In this document: piece by piece, positions 41,214 to 52,715 of the stretch
Layout: each line of letters opens with the position of its first letter
Numbering within the stretch: position 1 is the stretch's first letter
Assembly: GCA_049325255.1 (NCBI GenBank)
Contig: JBMOMW010000050.1
Location: forward strand, 3,120-67,119
Source of the DNA: Pseudomonadota bacterium
Lineage (GTDB): Bacteria; Pseudomonadota; Alphaproteobacteria; UBA11222
DNA: 64,000 nt
Direction of reading: 5' to 3'
Notes under the pieces: generated by a model
Seen by the model: the letters and a program-made list of their open reading frames with translations, nothing else
What the model was told of the DNA's origin: nothing
The model's database searches: none
Program-made: the position numbers and the translations under genes

Positions 41214-43096
41214 GCGGTTTTTGCTATCGGGTGCTTTTTGACATGCACCAGCAAAGTGGTCAGCGCAGCGGGGGTAATGCCTTCCAGACGCGCCGCCTGT
41301 CCCAGGGTGGCTGGCGCCGCCGCCGTCAGTTTTTGCCGCACTTCAGTAGACAGACCAACGACCCGGGCATAATCCAGATCGGCCGGCAGGTGCAACGCCT
41401 CATCCCGCCGGAAGGCTACAATATCCGCCTCCTGCCGTTGCAGATAAGTGTCATATTGGGCGTCGATCTCTATCTGCCCGGTCACGCTGGCAGAAAAACC
41501 CTCAAGTTGCGGCCAGATGGCAGCCAGCCGCGGCAGATCAACACCAGGATAGCTGAGCAGCATATGCGCAGAGCGGGGCATGCCGTCCTGATTAACCTGA
41601 ATGCCGTGGCGTGCAGCCTGGGGCGGCGTAAGGCTAAGGCCTTTCATTATCTCCCTGGCGCGCATCAATTCCCGCTGTGTGGAATTGAAATGCTGCGCAC
41701 GGTGATTGGATACGCAACCCCAGGCCTGTCCGAGGCCCGTCAGGCGCTGATCCGCATTGTCGGCACGCAGGCTAAGCCTGTATTCGGCCCGCGAGGTAAA
41801 CATCCGGTACGGCTCGCTCACGCCCTTGCTGGTCAGATCATCCAGCATCACGCCAATATAGGCGGTGGCGCGGTCGAGCGTGACGCCTTCACCGCCCCCC
41901 GCAAGACGCGCCGCATTGACCCCGGCCATCAGACCCTGCGCCGCCGCTTCTTCATAGCCCGTAGTGCCATTGATCTGTCCCGCCAGGAACAGTCCCTTCA
42001 CAGCGCTGGTTTCCAGGGTGGGGCGCAATTCGCGCGGATCGACATAATCATATTCTATGGCGTAGCCGGGCCGGAAAAATTCCACCTTCTCAAGTCCTGG
42101 AATGGTGCGCACCATCTCATGCTGCACCGATTCGGGCAGCGAAGTGGAAATGCCGTTGGGATAGATCCAGTCGCTATCCAGCCCTTCGGGTTCCAGAAAA
42201 ATCTGATGCCCGGTCTTGCCCGCAAAACGCACGATCTTGTCCTCGATCGAGGGGCAATAGCGCGGCCCGGTTCCGGCGATCTGACCGGAATAAATCGGCG
42301 CCCGATGCAGATTGGCGCGGATAATTTCATGCATGGCAGGGCTGGTATGGGTGATATGGCAGCTAACCTGCGGCGTCGTGATTGCTTTGGTCAAAAACGA
42401 AAACGGCGTGGGGGGTGTATCACCGGGCTGTTCTTCCAGGCCTGACCAGTTGATGGTCTTGCCATTGAGGCGCGGCGGCGTGCCGGTTTTCAACCGGCCC
42501 ATGCGCAAATTCAGTCCATACAGGGTTTTGGCCAGCGCCACGGTTGGGGCTTCGCCAACCCGGCCGGCCGGCTGGGTAAATTCACCCATATGGATCAGGC
42601 CATTCAGAAACGTGCCGGTGGTCAGCACCACGGACGCGCAGGCGATACGTTCCCCGGCCTCGGTAATCACGGCGATCACCCGGCCATCTTCAATTTCCAT
42701 GTCCCCGGCGGGGGCCGCATAAATATCCAGACTTTCTGTCGCCGCCAGGGCCGCCCGCATATGCTTGCGGTACAGATTACGATCCGCCTGCGCGCGCGGG
42801 CCACGAACCGCCGGTCCCTTGCGCCGGTTCAGCAGGCGGAACTGAATCCCGGCGGCGTCGGCTACCCGGCCCATCAGCCCGTCCAGCGCATCCACTTCGC
42901 GCACCAGATGGCCCTTGCCCAGGCCGCCAATGGCCGGATTACAGGACATTTCTCCCAGAGTCTCAAACTTATGGGTCAGCAACAAAGTTGACGCGCCAAC
43001 ACGCGCGGCGGCGGCCGCAGCCTCGCAACCCGCATGACCGCCGCCAACGACGATAACGTCATAAGATTTCTGTGATAATTTCGCTAGTTCCGGCAT
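41210..43096 (-). CDS. mnmG: tRNA modification enzyme MnmG (GidA)
   Basis: [25 protein letters not shown] and [12 protein letters not shown] motifs. Confidence 0.98.
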   Translation of the reverse strand: MPELAKLSQKSYDVIVVGGGHAGCEAAAAAARVGASTLLLTHKFETLGEMSCNPAIGGLGKGHLVREVDALDGLMGRVADAAGIQFRLLNRRKGPAVRGPRAQADRNLYRKHMRAALAATESLDIYAAPAGDMEIEDGRVIAVITEAGERIACASVVLTTGTFLNGLIHMGEFTQPAGRVGEAPTVALAKTLYGLNLRMGRLKTGTPPRLNGKTINWSGLEEQPGDTPPTPFSFLTKAITTPQVSCHITHTSPAMHEIIRANLHRAPIYSGQIAGTGPRYCPSIEDKIVRFAGKTGHQIFLEPEGLDSDWIYPNGISTSLPESVQHEMVRTIPGLEKVEFFRPGYAIEYDYVDPRELRPTLETSAVKGLFLAGQINGTTGYEEAAAQGLMAGVNAARLAGGGEGVTLDRATAYIGVMLDDLTSKGVSEPYRMFTSRAEYRLSLRADNADQRLTGLGQAWGCVSNHRAQHFNSTQRELMRAREIMKGLSLTPPQAARHGIQVNQDGMPRSAHMLLSYPGVDLPRLAAIWPQLEGFSASVTGQIEIDAQYDTYLQRQEADIVAFRRDEALHLPADLDYARVVGLSTEVRQKLTAAAPATLGQAARLEGITPAALTTLLVHVKKHPIAKTA

Positions 43097-43146
43097 GGCC
43101 GCACCATAGTCGCACCGGCTTGAATTGTCAAAACCACACACCATAA

Positions 43147-43162
43147 TGTTTCACGTGAAACA
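43147..43162. promoter_or_regulatory. parS site
   Basis: Perfect TGTTTCACGTGAAACA within a 24-bp palindrome (43143-43166). Confidence 0.95.
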
Positions 43163-44494
43163 TTATTTTCCAATGCAGAACTCCCCAAACAATACATCCA
43201 GCATATCCTCCACATCGGCCCGGCCGGTAATCCGCCCCAGCGCCCGCATGGCAAGGCGGACGTCCTCCGCGATTAATTCCGCCGGTTTTTGCTTTTGATT
43301 CAAGGCCCTGTCAAGGTTTTCGACGCACAGACCCAATTCCCGGCGATGCCGTTCCCGCGTTAGTCCCGGTGTCTCGCTACCCCCCAGACGTTCCGCTACC
43401 GCCTCCTGAAGGCGCTGTAACAATTTATCGGCGCCTTCCCCGGTCTTCACCGATATGAGAGAATAACTATCTGATATATCGAGGTTTTTTGGCAGCAAAT
43501 CGATCTTGTTCAGGATGCATAGCGCCGCCGGGCCGCACCATTCCAGCGTCTGTGCATCCCGTTCCGGCCATGCCCCGGCGTCAAAAACCAGTAATTTCAG
43601 ATCGGCAGCCTGAGCCGTTTTTTTGGCCCTGCGAATGCCTTCTGCCTCAATCGCATTATCGGCGCCACGCAGCCCCGCCGTATCTGAAACAGAAACCAGA
43701 TATCCCCCCAGATCCAGATTTACCTCTATAACATCGCGCGTGGTGCCCGCCTGGGGTGTTACGATAGCCGCTTCGCGCTGCGCTAACATATTGAGAAGAC
43801 TAGATTTTCCGACATTTGGCGCACCCAGGATGGCAATGCGAAAACCGCGTCGCAATATTTCGCCACGCTGGCCGTCCGCCAGATGCGCTTTGATTTCCCT
43901 TAATAGTTCCGCTAACGAAATAAAGACTGATTCGCTTAGACCTGCGGGCAAATCTTCGTCGGAAAAGTCAATTTCGGCCTCCAGATGCGCCAAAGCCTGT
44001 AACAACCTAACGCGCCAGCCGTCATAAACGGCCCCCAATCGGCCTTCCATCTGGCGCAAGGCCTGTCGGCGCTGGGCCTCGGTTTCCGCCGCAACAAGGT
44101 CCGCCAGCCCTTCCACCGCTGTCAGATCAAGTTTGCCATTTTCAAAGGCGCGGCGGGTAAATTCCCCGGCCTGCGCTGCCCGCGCACCCGGAAAAAGCGA
44201 GAGAACCGCCAGCATGCGCTCCACCACCGCCCGCCCGCCATGCAGATGAAACTCCGCCACAGGCTCCCCAGTGAAGCTATTAGGTGCAGGAAACCATATT
44301 AGCAATCCCTGATCGATTACGATATTTGAACTATCGGAAAATTTGCGTAATACGGCACTGCGCGGTTTAGGTAGTTGTCCCGCCAGTCTTTCGGCAATGG
44401 CGCCAGCCTGCGGCCCGGATACACGCAGCACCGCCACCCCCGCACGGCCTGGGGCGCTCGCCAGGGCGAAAATCGTATCCTCGTGCGACGCCAT
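43163..44494 (-). CDS. mnmE: tRNA modification GTPase MnmE
   Basis: [14 protein letters not shown] and DTAG motifs; C-terminal FCIGK. Confidence 0.98.
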   Translation of the reverse strand: MASHEDTIFALASAPGRAGVAVLRVSGPQAGAIAERLAGQLPKPRSAVLRKFSDSSNIVIDQGLLIWFPAPNSFTGEPVAEFHLHGGRAVVERMLAVLSLFPGARAAQAGEFTRRAFENGKLDLTAVEGLADLVAAETEAQRRQALRQMEGRLGAVYDGWRVRLLQALAHLEAEIDFSDEDLPAGLSESVFISLAELLREIKAHLADGQRGEILRRGFRIAILGAPNVGKSSLLNMLAQREAAIVTPQAGTTRDVIEVNLDLGGYLVSVSDTAGLRGADNAIEAEGIRRAKKTAQAADLKLLVFDAGAWPERDAQTLEWCGPAALCILNKIDLLPKNLDISDSYSLISVKTGEGADKLLQRLQEAVAERLGGSETPGLTRERHRRELGLCVENLDRALNQKQKPAELIAEDVRLAMRALGRITGRADVEDMLDVLFGEFCIGK

Positions 44495-44505
44495 GCTGAA
44501 TTAAA

Positions 44506-44748
44506 TCAGACGCCATCCCCGCCCGGTTTTATGACATTGCGAAACATTTCCTGCCAGCGCTCCATGCCGCTGCCCGCACCGGTCAGAAACCCCTTGAACA
44601 GGCTCTCCATATCCATCGCCCCCATATTCTTGCGCATCTGGGCTTCCATTTCCTGCAGCATCCGGTCCTGCATCGGGGCCACGTCGGGCAGGCCGAAAAA
44701 ACTGCGGGCTTCCTGCGGGGTGCAATCAATATTAAAGGTGATCTTCAT
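44506..44748 (-). CDS. Small conserved protein (DUF6489-like)
   Basis: [23 protein letters not shown]. Confidence 0.75.
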   Translation of the reverse strand: MKITFNIDCTPQEARSFFGLPDVAPMQDRMLQEMEAQMRKNMGAMDMESLFKGFLTGAGSGMERWQEMFRNVIKPGGDGV

Positions 44749-44827
44749 GGGCTTCCTCGCTTGCTGGAATGGGCCTGCGCCGTTATGTTGCAGCCATATC
44801 TTATACTGGAATTCAAAGGGCCGCGCC

Positions 44828-46861
44828 ATGCCGCGAAATATGCTGGACCTGGAAACAAGTCCCTATTTGCTACAGCACAAGGATAATCCCGTTCACTGGT
44901 ACGCCTGGGGAGAGGAAGCCTTTCAGGCCGCCCGTAAATATGGCAAGCCGGTGCTGCTGTCTGTGGGCTATGCCGCCTGTCACTGGTGCCATGTCATGGC
45001 CCATGAAAGTTTCGAAGACCCGGAAGTTGCCGAACTGATGAACGAGCTGTTCGTCAATATCAAGGTGGACCGCGAAGAACGCCCGGATGTGGATGCGATC
45101 TATATGAATTCGCTGGCGCTGCTCGGCCAGCCCGGTGGCTGGCCGCTGACCATGTTTCTGACTTCGGACGGCGAACCCTTCTGGGGCGGCACCTATTTTC
45201 CACCCCGCGCCGCGCATGGACGGCCCTCGTTTCGCGATGTCTTGCGCGAAGTCCATCAGGTCTATATGTCCGAACCGGGAAAAATCGCCAATAACAGGGA
45301 CGCGCTGAAACAGGCGCTTAAAGAAATGAGTCAAACGGCCACCGAAGGTATGCTGAGTTTTGATATTCTGGATCAGGCTGTACGAGGGCTAGCGCGCCAG
45401 ATCGATCCGTCCCATGGCGGTCTGAAAGGCGCGCCCAAATTTCCCCAGTCCTCGCTTTTTGAAATGCTGTGGCGCGGCTATCTGCGCAGCCACGACGAAG
45501 GTCAGCTGAAACTGTTAAACGCCACGCTGGAGAATATCTGCCAGGGCGGCATCTTCGATCATCTGGGCGGCGGCATCTCGCGCTATTCCACCGATGAAAA
45601 ATGGCTGGTCCCGCATTTCGAAAAAATGCTGTACGACAATGCGCAATTCATTGACCTGCTCACCATGGTCTGGCCTGGTACCCATTCAACGCTCTATGCG
45701 TGGCGGCTGTTTGAAACCGTGGCCTGGGTTCAGCGTGAAATGGTGCTGCCCGAAGGCGCTTTCGCCGCGTCGCTGGATGCAGACAGCGAGGGCGTCGAAG
45801 GCAAATTTTATGTCTGGGACGAAAGTGAGGTCGACAGGCTGCTTGGCCTGGACGCCAAGTTTTTCAAACAGCATTACGATGTCACGCCTGTGGGGAACTG
45901 GGAAGAAAACAATATCCTCAACCGCCTGAAAGATTTCGGTCTGGCCTCCGATGCGGACGAACGCCGCCTTGCCCTGCTGCGCGACAAATTATTGCGGGTG
46001 CGTGAAAACCGCATTCCACCGGCCCGCGATGACAAGGTGCTGGCTGACTGGAACGGCATGATGATTGCCGCACTCGCCAATGCCGCCGCCGTGTTTGACC
46101 GGCCAAGCTGGTTTGAGATGGCGGCGCGCGCGTTTGAATTTATCACAGAGAACATGGTCAGCGCGGATGGCCGCATCAGCCATTCCTGGTGCGCGGGAAA
46201 AACATCGGGCGCAGAAATACTTGATGATTATGCGCAAATGAGCCGCGCGGCATTGGCGCTCTATGAACTGACCGGACTTTCTGACTATCTCGATTGGGCC
46301 AAACGCTGGACCGATCAGGTGAATGAGCGGTTCTGGGACAGCGAAAATGGCGGCTATTTCTATACTCCAAAAGACGCCAGAGATTTAATCGTCCGTACAC
46401 GGCAGGCCGCCGACAACGCCACCCCCAGCGGCAATGGCGTCATGGCCAATGTGCTGGCGCGGCTGGGCTATCTGACCGGCGACATGCTCTATCGCAACCG
46501 GTCCGCCGCCGTCATCGAAGCCTTTGGCGGCGAGACCCGCAAAAACTATCTGGCGCTGGGCAGCCTGCTGAACAGTTTTGAATTTCTGGAACGCGGCATA
46601 CAGATCGTCATTCTGGGTGATCGAGCCGACAGGCATACGCAAAAACTGTTGCAGGCGGTGTATTCCCAGGCCGTGCCGGACCGCACCGTGATGGTGATTG
46701 CGCCGGGTACGGAACTTCCAAAAAATCATCCGGCCCGCAACAAGACCCAGCGCGATAACCGCGCCACCGCCTATATATGCAAGGGGCCAAGCTGTTCGAT
46801 GCCCCTGACCGACCCCGGAATGCTGGCCGACGCCATTGATCCGAGGAAAGCGTCAGCCTAG
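44828..46861 (+). CDS. YyaL/SSP411-like thioredoxin-domain protein
   Basis: [20 protein letters not shown] and PHFEKMLYD motifs. Confidence 0.92.
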   Translation: MPRNMLDLETSPYLLQHKDNPVHWYAWGEEAFQAARKYGKPVLLSVGYAACHWCHVMAHESFEDPEVAELMNELFVNIKVDREERPDVDAIYMNSLALLGQPGGWPLTMFLTSDGEPFWGGTYFPPRAAHGRPSFRDVLREVHQVYMSEPGKIANNRDALKQALKEMSQTATEGMLSFDILDQAVRGLARQIDPSHGGLKGAPKFPQSSLFEMLWRGYLRSHDEGQLKLLNATLENICQGGIFDHLGGGISRYSTDEKWLVPHFEKMLYDNAQFIDLLTMVWPGTHSTLYAWRLFETVAWVQREMVLPEGAFAASLDADSEGVEGKFYVWDESEVDRLLGLDAKFFKQHYDVTPVGNWEENNILNRLKDFGLASDADERRLALLRDKLLRVRENRIPPARDDKVLADWNGMMIAALANAAAVFDRPSWFEMAARAFEFITENMVSADGRISHSWCAGKTSGAEILDDYAQMSRAALALYELTGLSDYLDWAKRWTDQVNERFWDSENGGYFYTPKDARDLIVRTRQAADNATPSGNGVMANVLARLGYLTGDMLYRNRSAAVIEAFGGETRKNYLALGSLLNSFEFLERGIQIVILGDRADRHTQKLLQAVYSQAVPDRTVMVIAPGTELPKNHPARNKTQRDNRATAYICKGPSCSMPLTDPGMLADAIDPRKASA

Positions 46862-46917
46862 AGTAAAAGGCCAAAGCCTAGAGTAATATGACATCAGGTT
46901 TGTCCACACCCTTCTTC

Positions 46918-47020
46918 GTCATTGCGAGCCGCGCAGCGGCGCGGCAATCCAGAGTCTCACAGTAAGGCCTGTGTTTATGGCTCCTGGATTGCCACGGCGC
47001 GTTCCGCGCCTCGCAATGAC
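46918..47020. repeat. CGTC-type REP doublet
   Basis: GTCATTGCGAGCCGCGCAGCGGCGCGGCAATCCAG...CTGGATTGCCACGGCGCGTTCCGCGCCTCGCAATGAC. Confidence 0.9.
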
Positions 47021-47168
47021 ACTGAGGGGGACGTGATTCTATATAATAGTTGTTACATATCAAAGTCTTAAAGATATACTAAAGCATTGATTCGACTCGA
47101 AATATTTGCGGCGAACACTATTTGTTCTAAAAATATTTTTGTATAAATGGCTAATAAAGGAAGGACAC

Positions 47169-48053
47169 ATGACCGCGACACCTCAAACCGGCATTTTTGC
47201 AGAAGGCAGCCAGTTTTATCTGGCGCTTGAATATCGCTGTACCGCATCGCCACAATTAAAAACCGCGATCCAGGCGGCCCGCAGCGCGGCGCTTGCAACA
47301 TCCGATGCGCATGCGGTGTTTGCATTCGGCAATACGCTGCTGCGAGGATTTTACGGCAGCATGCTCAAGGATTTTACTCCCATCACCGGCGCATCTGGCC
47401 TGACGGCGCCCGCAACACAGCGCGATCTGCTGATCTGGCTTCACAGCGCGCGGGCCGACGCCAATTTTGATCTTGCGCGCACCATTCATGCTGCGTTACA
47501 GCCCCATGCCGAACTGATGCTGGAGGTTCCCGGTTTCAACTATCACGAAAACCGCGACATGACCGGCTTCATTGATGGCACCGCCAATCCCCGGCAGGAA
47601 GAAGCCATGGAGGCTGCGCTGATCCCCGAAGGGCAGGAGGGCGCGGGCGGCGCCTATGTGCTGTCGATGCAATATGTGCATGATCTGCAAGCCTTCCATA
47701 AACTGGCCGTACCGGAACAGGAGAACGTCATTGGCCGCAGCAAGCCAGACAGTGTTGAGATGGCGCCCGGCCGCAAGCCCAAAGACGCCCATATTGCCCG
47801 GGCGGAGATTTCCGAAAACGGGGTCGAGCTGAAAATTTACCGGCGCTCGTTTCCGTATGGCGGCGTACAGCAACACGGGCTGTATTTCCTGGCATTCGCC
47901 TGCGATCAGCACCGGTTCGACGCCATCCTGAAAAACATGTATGGTGTGTCTGGCGATGGGCTGCATGACCGTCTGCTGGATTTTACCCAGGCCGTAACGG
48001 GATCCTACTGGTTTGCCCCATCGCGCGAAGCGCTGGAAAACATGCTGCGTTAA
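47169..48053 (+). CDS. DyP-type peroxidase
   Basis: GFIDGTANP, AHI and IYRRSFPYG motifs. Confidence 0.92.
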   Translation: MTATPQTGIFAEGSQFYLALEYRCTASPQLKTAIQAARSAALATSDAHAVFAFGNTLLRGFYGSMLKDFTPITGASGLTAPATQRDLLIWLHSARADANFDLARTIHAALQPHAELMLEVPGFNYHENRDMTGFIDGTANPRQEEAMEAALIPEGQEGAGGAYVLSMQYVHDLQAFHKLAVPEQENVIGRSKPDSVEMAPGRKPKDAHIARAEISENGVELKIYRRSFPYGGVQQHGLYFLAFACDQHRFDAILKNMYGVSGDGLHDRLLDFTQAVTGSYWFAPSREALENMLR

Positions 48054-48070
48054 ACTCAGGGAGAAAGAAA

Positions 48071-48769
48071 ATGAGTGGAACAGAAATAAGTATTCCGTGT
48101 AAAGACGGCTCCATGATGGGCTATCTCGCCATGCCGAAATCCGGTTCCGGCCCCGGCATAGTAGTGATGCAGGAAATTTTCGGCGTCAATCAGGTGATGC
48201 GCGACATCACGGACGCCTTTGCCGCGGAAGGATTTGTGGCGCTATGCCCCGATCTGTTCTGGCGCATCGAACCGGGCATTAACATCACCGATAAGTCCAA
48301 GGCCGAATGGGACAAGGCGTTTTCGCTGTTCGGCAAATTCAACCGCGACACCGGCATAGAGGATGTGGGCGCCACGCTCGCCACCTTGCGCAAGCTCAAG
48401 GGGTGTACGGGCAAGGCTGGAACGGTGGGTTTTTGCCTGGGCGGATTACTGGCCTATCTTTCCGCCACACGCACCGATGCGGATGCCGCCGTCGGGTTTT
48501 ACGGCGTCAGCATCCCCGATTTTCTGGGTGAGGCGCCAAACATCAAAAAACCGCTGATGCTGCATATTGCGGGTAAAGATGGTTTCGTTCCACCGCCTGC
48601 CCAAGCCGCCATGCATGCAGGCCTTGATGGCAACAAGCTGTGCACCCTCTATGATTACCCGGACCAGGACCACGCCTTTGCGCGCATGGGGGGCGAGCAT
48701 TATGATGAGGCGGCGGCGAAATCGGCCATGTCGCGAACGGTCAGTTTTTTCAAAACCCATCTGGCCTGA
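48071..48769 (+). CDS. Dienelactone hydrolase family protein
   Basis: QEIFGVN, GFCLGG and HAF motifs. Confidence 0.92.
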   Translation: MSGTEISIPCKDGSMMGYLAMPKSGSGPGIVVMQEIFGVNQVMRDITDAFAAEGFVALCPDLFWRIEPGINITDKSKAEWDKAFSLFGKFNRDTGIEDVGATLATLRKLKGCTGKAGTVGFCLGGLLAYLSATRTDADAAVGFYGVSIPDFLGEAPNIKKPLMLHIAGKDGFVPPPAQAAMHAGLDGNKLCTLYDYPDQDHAFARMGGEHYDEAAAKSAMSRTVSFFKTHLA

Positions 48770-48773
48770 TACA

Positions 48774-49754
48774 TTGACGCGCAACAGTTGCGGGTTGGTC
48801 CGTTCCCTGATAATTGCCTGCGTCCTGCTGGGCGCTGGCGCAGCGCTGGCGCAACCCCCCAGGCAGTCCGAGACTCCAAGCGAGGACATTGCCCCCTTCG
48901 TCATTGCCAATGTTGAATTCACCCTGCTGCATGAACTGATCCATGTGCTGATCGATGAAGCAGGCATTCCCGTACTGGCGCGCGAGGAGGATCAGGCCGA
49001 TTATCTGACTGCTGTAATATTTTTAAGCCAACAGACCGGTCTGATTTACCCCTCGTCGCCTGAACCCCGCAATCCGTCCATAGACTGGCCGCCTGCTCTC
49101 GGATCCCCGGCACACAGCACTATCATGCGCATGCAAGCTATTATTGACGCCTGGCGCATTGAATGGACTATCGCGGAACAGGATAATATGGAAATACCTT
49201 ACGCCGACCCGCACGCGCTGGAAATTCAGCGCTATTACGACATGGCGTGCCTGACCTATGGGCGTGATCCCAAACATCTGGAAGATTTTCGTATCGAAAA
49301 TGAATTGCCAGCGGAGCGCGCGGAATTTTGCGAAGATGATTTCGCCAAGGCCGAGCGGGGCCTGGAATTTATCAAAACAACGCTCAAGAACAACGCGAAA
49401 ACGCCACTTGGCAATGCGGGTCACATGCCGCCGGACTTCGCCATCCAGCTAAAATTCGAAGACGCAATTTCACCCCAACACAAGCAGTATAAATTATGGC
49501 TGCAAAACGCTTCGATCCTTGTACCGCTGATCGAAGCGCTGAACAGGGATTATTATCTGCCACGCCCGATTTCCGTGCGCTTTCGCGTATGCGGACAACC
49601 CAACGCCTATTGGGAGCCAAAAGACGCCCAGGTCAATGTGTGTTATGAACTGCTGGACCGCTTCGTGCATCTCAGCCGGTTCCACAAGCAATATGCAGTG
49701 GACCGGCGTGCGAATGTACTGGGCAGGGCCAAGGCGAACAAGGCGTTTCAGTAA
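48774..49754 (+). CDS. Exported DUF4344-like metallopeptidase (start uncertain)
   Basis: Signal-like N-terminus; FTLLHELIH...REEDQAD and CGQPNAYW...CYEL motifs. Confidence 0.7.
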   Translation: MTRNSCGLVRSLIIACVLLGAGAALAQPPRQSETPSEDIAPFVIANVEFTLLHELIHVLIDEAGIPVLAREEDQADYLTAVIFLSQQTGLIYPSSPEPRNPSIDWPPALGSPAHSTIMRMQAIIDAWRIEWTIAEQDNMEIPYADPHALEIQRYYDMACLTYGRDPKHLEDFRIENELPAERAEFCEDDFAKAERGLEFIKTTLKNNAKTPLGNAGHMPPDFAIQLKFEDAISPQHKQYKLWLQNASILVPLIEALNRDYYLPRPISVRFRVCGQPNAYWEPKDAQVNVCYELLDRFVHLSRFHKQYAVDRRANVLGRAKANKAFQ

Positions 49755-49763
49755 CGCCGGAAG

Positions 49764-51041
49764 TTACGTATTCATCGACGCGAAGAATTCCGCATTGCTC
49801 TTGGTGGCACGCAACTTATCGAGCAGAAACTCCATCGCGTCCACTGTTCCCATGGGGCTGAGAATCCGGCGCAGCACAAACATCTTCGCCAGGTCGGCCT
49901 GGGACGCCAGCAGCTCTTCCTTGCGGGTGCCCGAGCGGGTAATGTCGATGGCCGGGAAGATGCGCTTGTCGGAAACTTTGCGGTCCAGAATGATTTCGCT
50001 GTTGCCGGTGCCCTTGAATTCTTCGAAAATCACTTCATCCATGCGCGAGCCGGTATCGATCAGGGCCGTTGCAATAATGGTCAGCGAACCGCCTTCCTCG
50101 ATGTTGCGCGCCGCGCCAAAAAACCGCTTCGGGCGTTGCAGCGCATTGGCGTCCACACCGCCGGTCAACACCTTGCCGGATGAGGGCACCACGGCATTAT
50201 AGGCGCGGCCCAAACGGGTGATCGAATCCAGCAGGATCACCACGTCACGCCCATGCTCCACCAGGCGCTTGGCCTTTTCCAGCACCATTTCCGTCACCGC
50301 AACGTGGCGGGTGGCGGGTTCGTCAAAGGTGGAACTGACCACTTCGCCCTTGACCGAGCGTTGCATGTCCGTCACTTCCTCGGGGCGCTCGTCAATCAGC
50401 AGCACAATCAGATAGCATTCGGGATGATTGGCGGCGATCGCATGCGCGATATTTTGCAGGATCATGGTCTTGCCGGTGCGTGGCGGCGCGGTAATCAGCG
50501 CGCGTTGTCCCTTGCCCAGGGGTGCTGCCAGATCAATGACCCGTGTCGTCAGATCCTTTGTGCCCGGGCCCATTTCCATGATCAGGCGTTCGTCGGGATA
50601 AAGCGGCGTCAGATTATCGAAATGCACTTTCTGGCGGGTGCGTTCGGGATCTTCGAAATTGATGGTGTTGACTTTCAGCAGGGCAAAATACCGCTCGCCA
50701 TCCTTGGGGCTGCGAATACGCCCTTCAACTGTGTCGCCGGTGCGCAGCGAAAACCGCCGCAACTGGTTGGGGCTGACATAGATATCGTCCGGACCCGGCA
50801 GATAATTTGCCTCGGGTGAGCGCAAAAAGCCAAATCCGTCCTGCAATACTTCCAGTACGCCCACGCCGGTAATTTCGATTTCCCGCTCCGCCAGCTGCTT
50901 CAAGATCGCAAACAGCATGTCCTGCTTGCGCAGGGTGCTGGCATTTTCCACTTCAAGCTCTTCCGCATAGGCAAGTAATTCAGTGGGTGATTTGGATTTC
51001 AAATCCGCGAGTTTGACTTCTTTAACGTCCATAAGGTCCAT
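49764..51041 (-). CDS. rho: Transcription termination factor Rho
   Basis: DGFGFLR, GKGQR, PPRTGKT and IDERPEE motifs. Confidence 0.98.
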   Translation of the reverse strand: MDLMDVKEVKLADLKSKSPTELLAYAEELEVENASTLRKQDMLFAILKQLAEREIEITGVGVLEVLQDGFGFLRSPEANYLPGPDDIYVSPNQLRRFSLRTGDTVEGRIRSPKDGERYFALLKVNTINFEDPERTRQKVHFDNLTPLYPDERLIMEMGPGTKDLTTRVIDLAAPLGKGQRALITAPPRTGKTMILQNIAHAIAANHPECYLIVLLIDERPEEVTDMQRSVKGEVVSSTFDEPATRHVAVTEMVLEKAKRLVEHGRDVVILLDSITRLGRAYNAVVPSSGKVLTGGVDANALQRPKRFFGAARNIEEGGSLTIIATALIDTGSRMDEVIFEEFKGTGNSEIILDRKVSDKRIFPAIDITRSGTRKEELLASQADLAKMFVLRRILSPMGTVDAMEFLLDKLRATKSNAEFFASMNT

Positions 51042-51219
51042 GGGGGTTCTTCCGCTTGAAAAATTTGGTGAGGGCGCCGCAAGGGACAAAAGGAAAAAAT
51101 TATGGGGAATGTCGCCATATCCAGACAGGAACGGCGGAAAAACAGGACAGGCGGTGATTCTGCTAAGGCAAGGATGTAGCGTGTTTCACCGTCTAATACA
51201 ATATATGAACGCCAATCGC

Positions 51220-51678
51220 CTAAAATTTTCCAAACGGCCGCACAATCACCAAAATGACAATGGCAATCATCAGCACAAAGGGAATTTCATTGGCGATCCG
51301 GTAATACAGGCCCGGCCGGGTACGGATATCGGCCGCAAATTCACGCCGCCAGCGGCTGAACAGTCCATGAATCCCCCCCAGCGCCAGCGCCAGCGCCAAT
51401 TTCAGCCATATCCACCAGGATTGCCAATCAATCAGGCCAGGCGTTAATAACAGCATTCCACCCAGAACAAACACCAGAATCATGGCTGGATTGATGATAC
51501 CGCGTAACAGTCGGCCTTCCATTAATTTGAACTTTTCCGACTGCACCGATCCCACGGGGGCGTCGGTATGATAGACATATAATCGCGGCAAATACATCAT
51601 GCCCGCCATCCAGGCGATCACAGCAATCAGATGCAAACTTTTGATCCAGAGATAATATTCGCTCAGAAATTCGGCCAT
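51220..51678 (-). CDS. hemJ: Protoporphyrinogen oxidase HemJ
   Basis: WMAG..YLPRLYVYH and NEIP motifs. Confidence 0.93.
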   Translation of the reverse strand: MAEFLSEYYLWIKSLHLIAVIAWMAGMMYLPRLYVYHTDAPVGSVQSEKFKLMEGRLLRGIINPAMILVFVLGGMLLLTPGLIDWQSWWIWLKLALALALGGIHGLFSRWRREFAADIRTRPGLYYRIANEIPFVLMIAIVILVIVRPFGKF

Positions 51679-51680
51679 TT

Positions 51681-52715
51681 TTATCTATCCATCAAACAGT
51701 TAGACATGGGGCTACCGCATAGTTGCCGCTGCGACAGCACACTTTGTACAAGTTTTGATAGACTCCGGATAAAATCCGGTTGTACCCCCAGCGCTGCGAT
51801 CCGGATATAATCCGGCACACCGGCCTCTCCAGCCAGATGTCTGTATTCCATGTCCAGCTCGACCAGTGTTTCGGAATGTTCCGAAACAAAAGCAATAGGA
51901 ACCAGAACAACGGGAGTTTTTGCCCTGCCTGCGTCGCGCAGCCGTTCTTCGGTGGAGGGTCCAAGCCATTTCAGCGGCCCAACCCGGCTCTGATAACAAA
52001 TTTCCCAATCTTCTGATGACAGGCCCAGTTTCGCAGCAATGGCCAATGCCGTGCGTTGCACATGTTGGGGATAGGGATCGCCAGCATCCACAATTTTCTG
52101 GGGCAGGCCATGAGCGGAAAATAATAGCCGGGCCTTTTTGCCTGCTGCAGGTCCAAAATATTGCGGGGCTTGGGCCTGGATCAATGCAGCATGCGCCATA
52201 ATGAAATCCGGCTGGTCCGGATAACAGCATATTTCATGACTATCGACCCTGAAATCACAAGACCGCAGGACAGCACGCCATTCCTGCAAGGATGATTTGG
52301 TCGTTGTTGTAGAAAATTGCGGGTAAAGCGGAAGTAAAACCACATGATCAGGTGTAAATTCCTTCACCTGTTCAACAATATCTTTTGCTCTGGGATTCCA
52401 GTAACGCATCACCGTAAAACAACGTAGCTTCGTATATCCCTGTGCGTGTAATACATCCTGAAGGGCAATGGCCTGTTTCCTGGTTTCCGATACAATAGGT
52501 GAACCACCGCCGATTTTGGCATAGATTTCCTCTGCTTTTGATGTCCGCCGCCAGGCGATCAAACGGGCAAGCAGCCAGCGTATTGGTCCAGGTGCAGCAA
52601 TAATATTGGGATCGGAAAACAGATTGATCAGAAAAGGCCGGACTGCCGCAGGCTGATCAGGTCCGCCGAGATTGAAAAGTATGATGGCGATCTTCTGATT
52701 ATTCATAATCGCCAT
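51681..52715 (-). CDS. hemH: Ferrochelatase
   Basis: NLGGP, LYPQFS, FSAHGLP and SEHSETL motifs. Confidence 0.96.
   Translation of the reverse strand: MAIMNNQKIAIILFNLGGPDQPAAVRPFLINLFSDPNIIAAPGPIRWLLARLIAWRRTSKAEEIYAKIGGGSPIVSETRKQAIALQDVLHAQGYTKLRCFTVMRYWNPRAKDIVEQVKEFTPDHVVLLPLYPQFSTTTTKSSLQEWRAVLRSCDFRVDSHEICCYPDQPDFIMAHAALIQAQAPQYFGPAAGKKARLLFSAHGLPQKIVDAGDPYPQHVQRTALAIAAKLGLSSEDWEICYQSRVGPLKWLGPSTEERLRDAGRAKTPVVLVPIAFVSEHSETLVELDMEYRHLAGEAGVPDYIRIAALGVQPDFIRSLSKLVQSVLSQRQLCGSPMSNCLMDR

Noticed and set aside
44375-44827. Long N-terminal extension of the YyaL-like ORF
   Set aside because: It overlaps mnmE and the DUF6489-like gene on the other strand. The family motif starts at 44828.
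47169-48053. Encapsulin cargo system for DyP
   Set aside because: No C-terminal targeting peptide and no encapsulin gene nearby.
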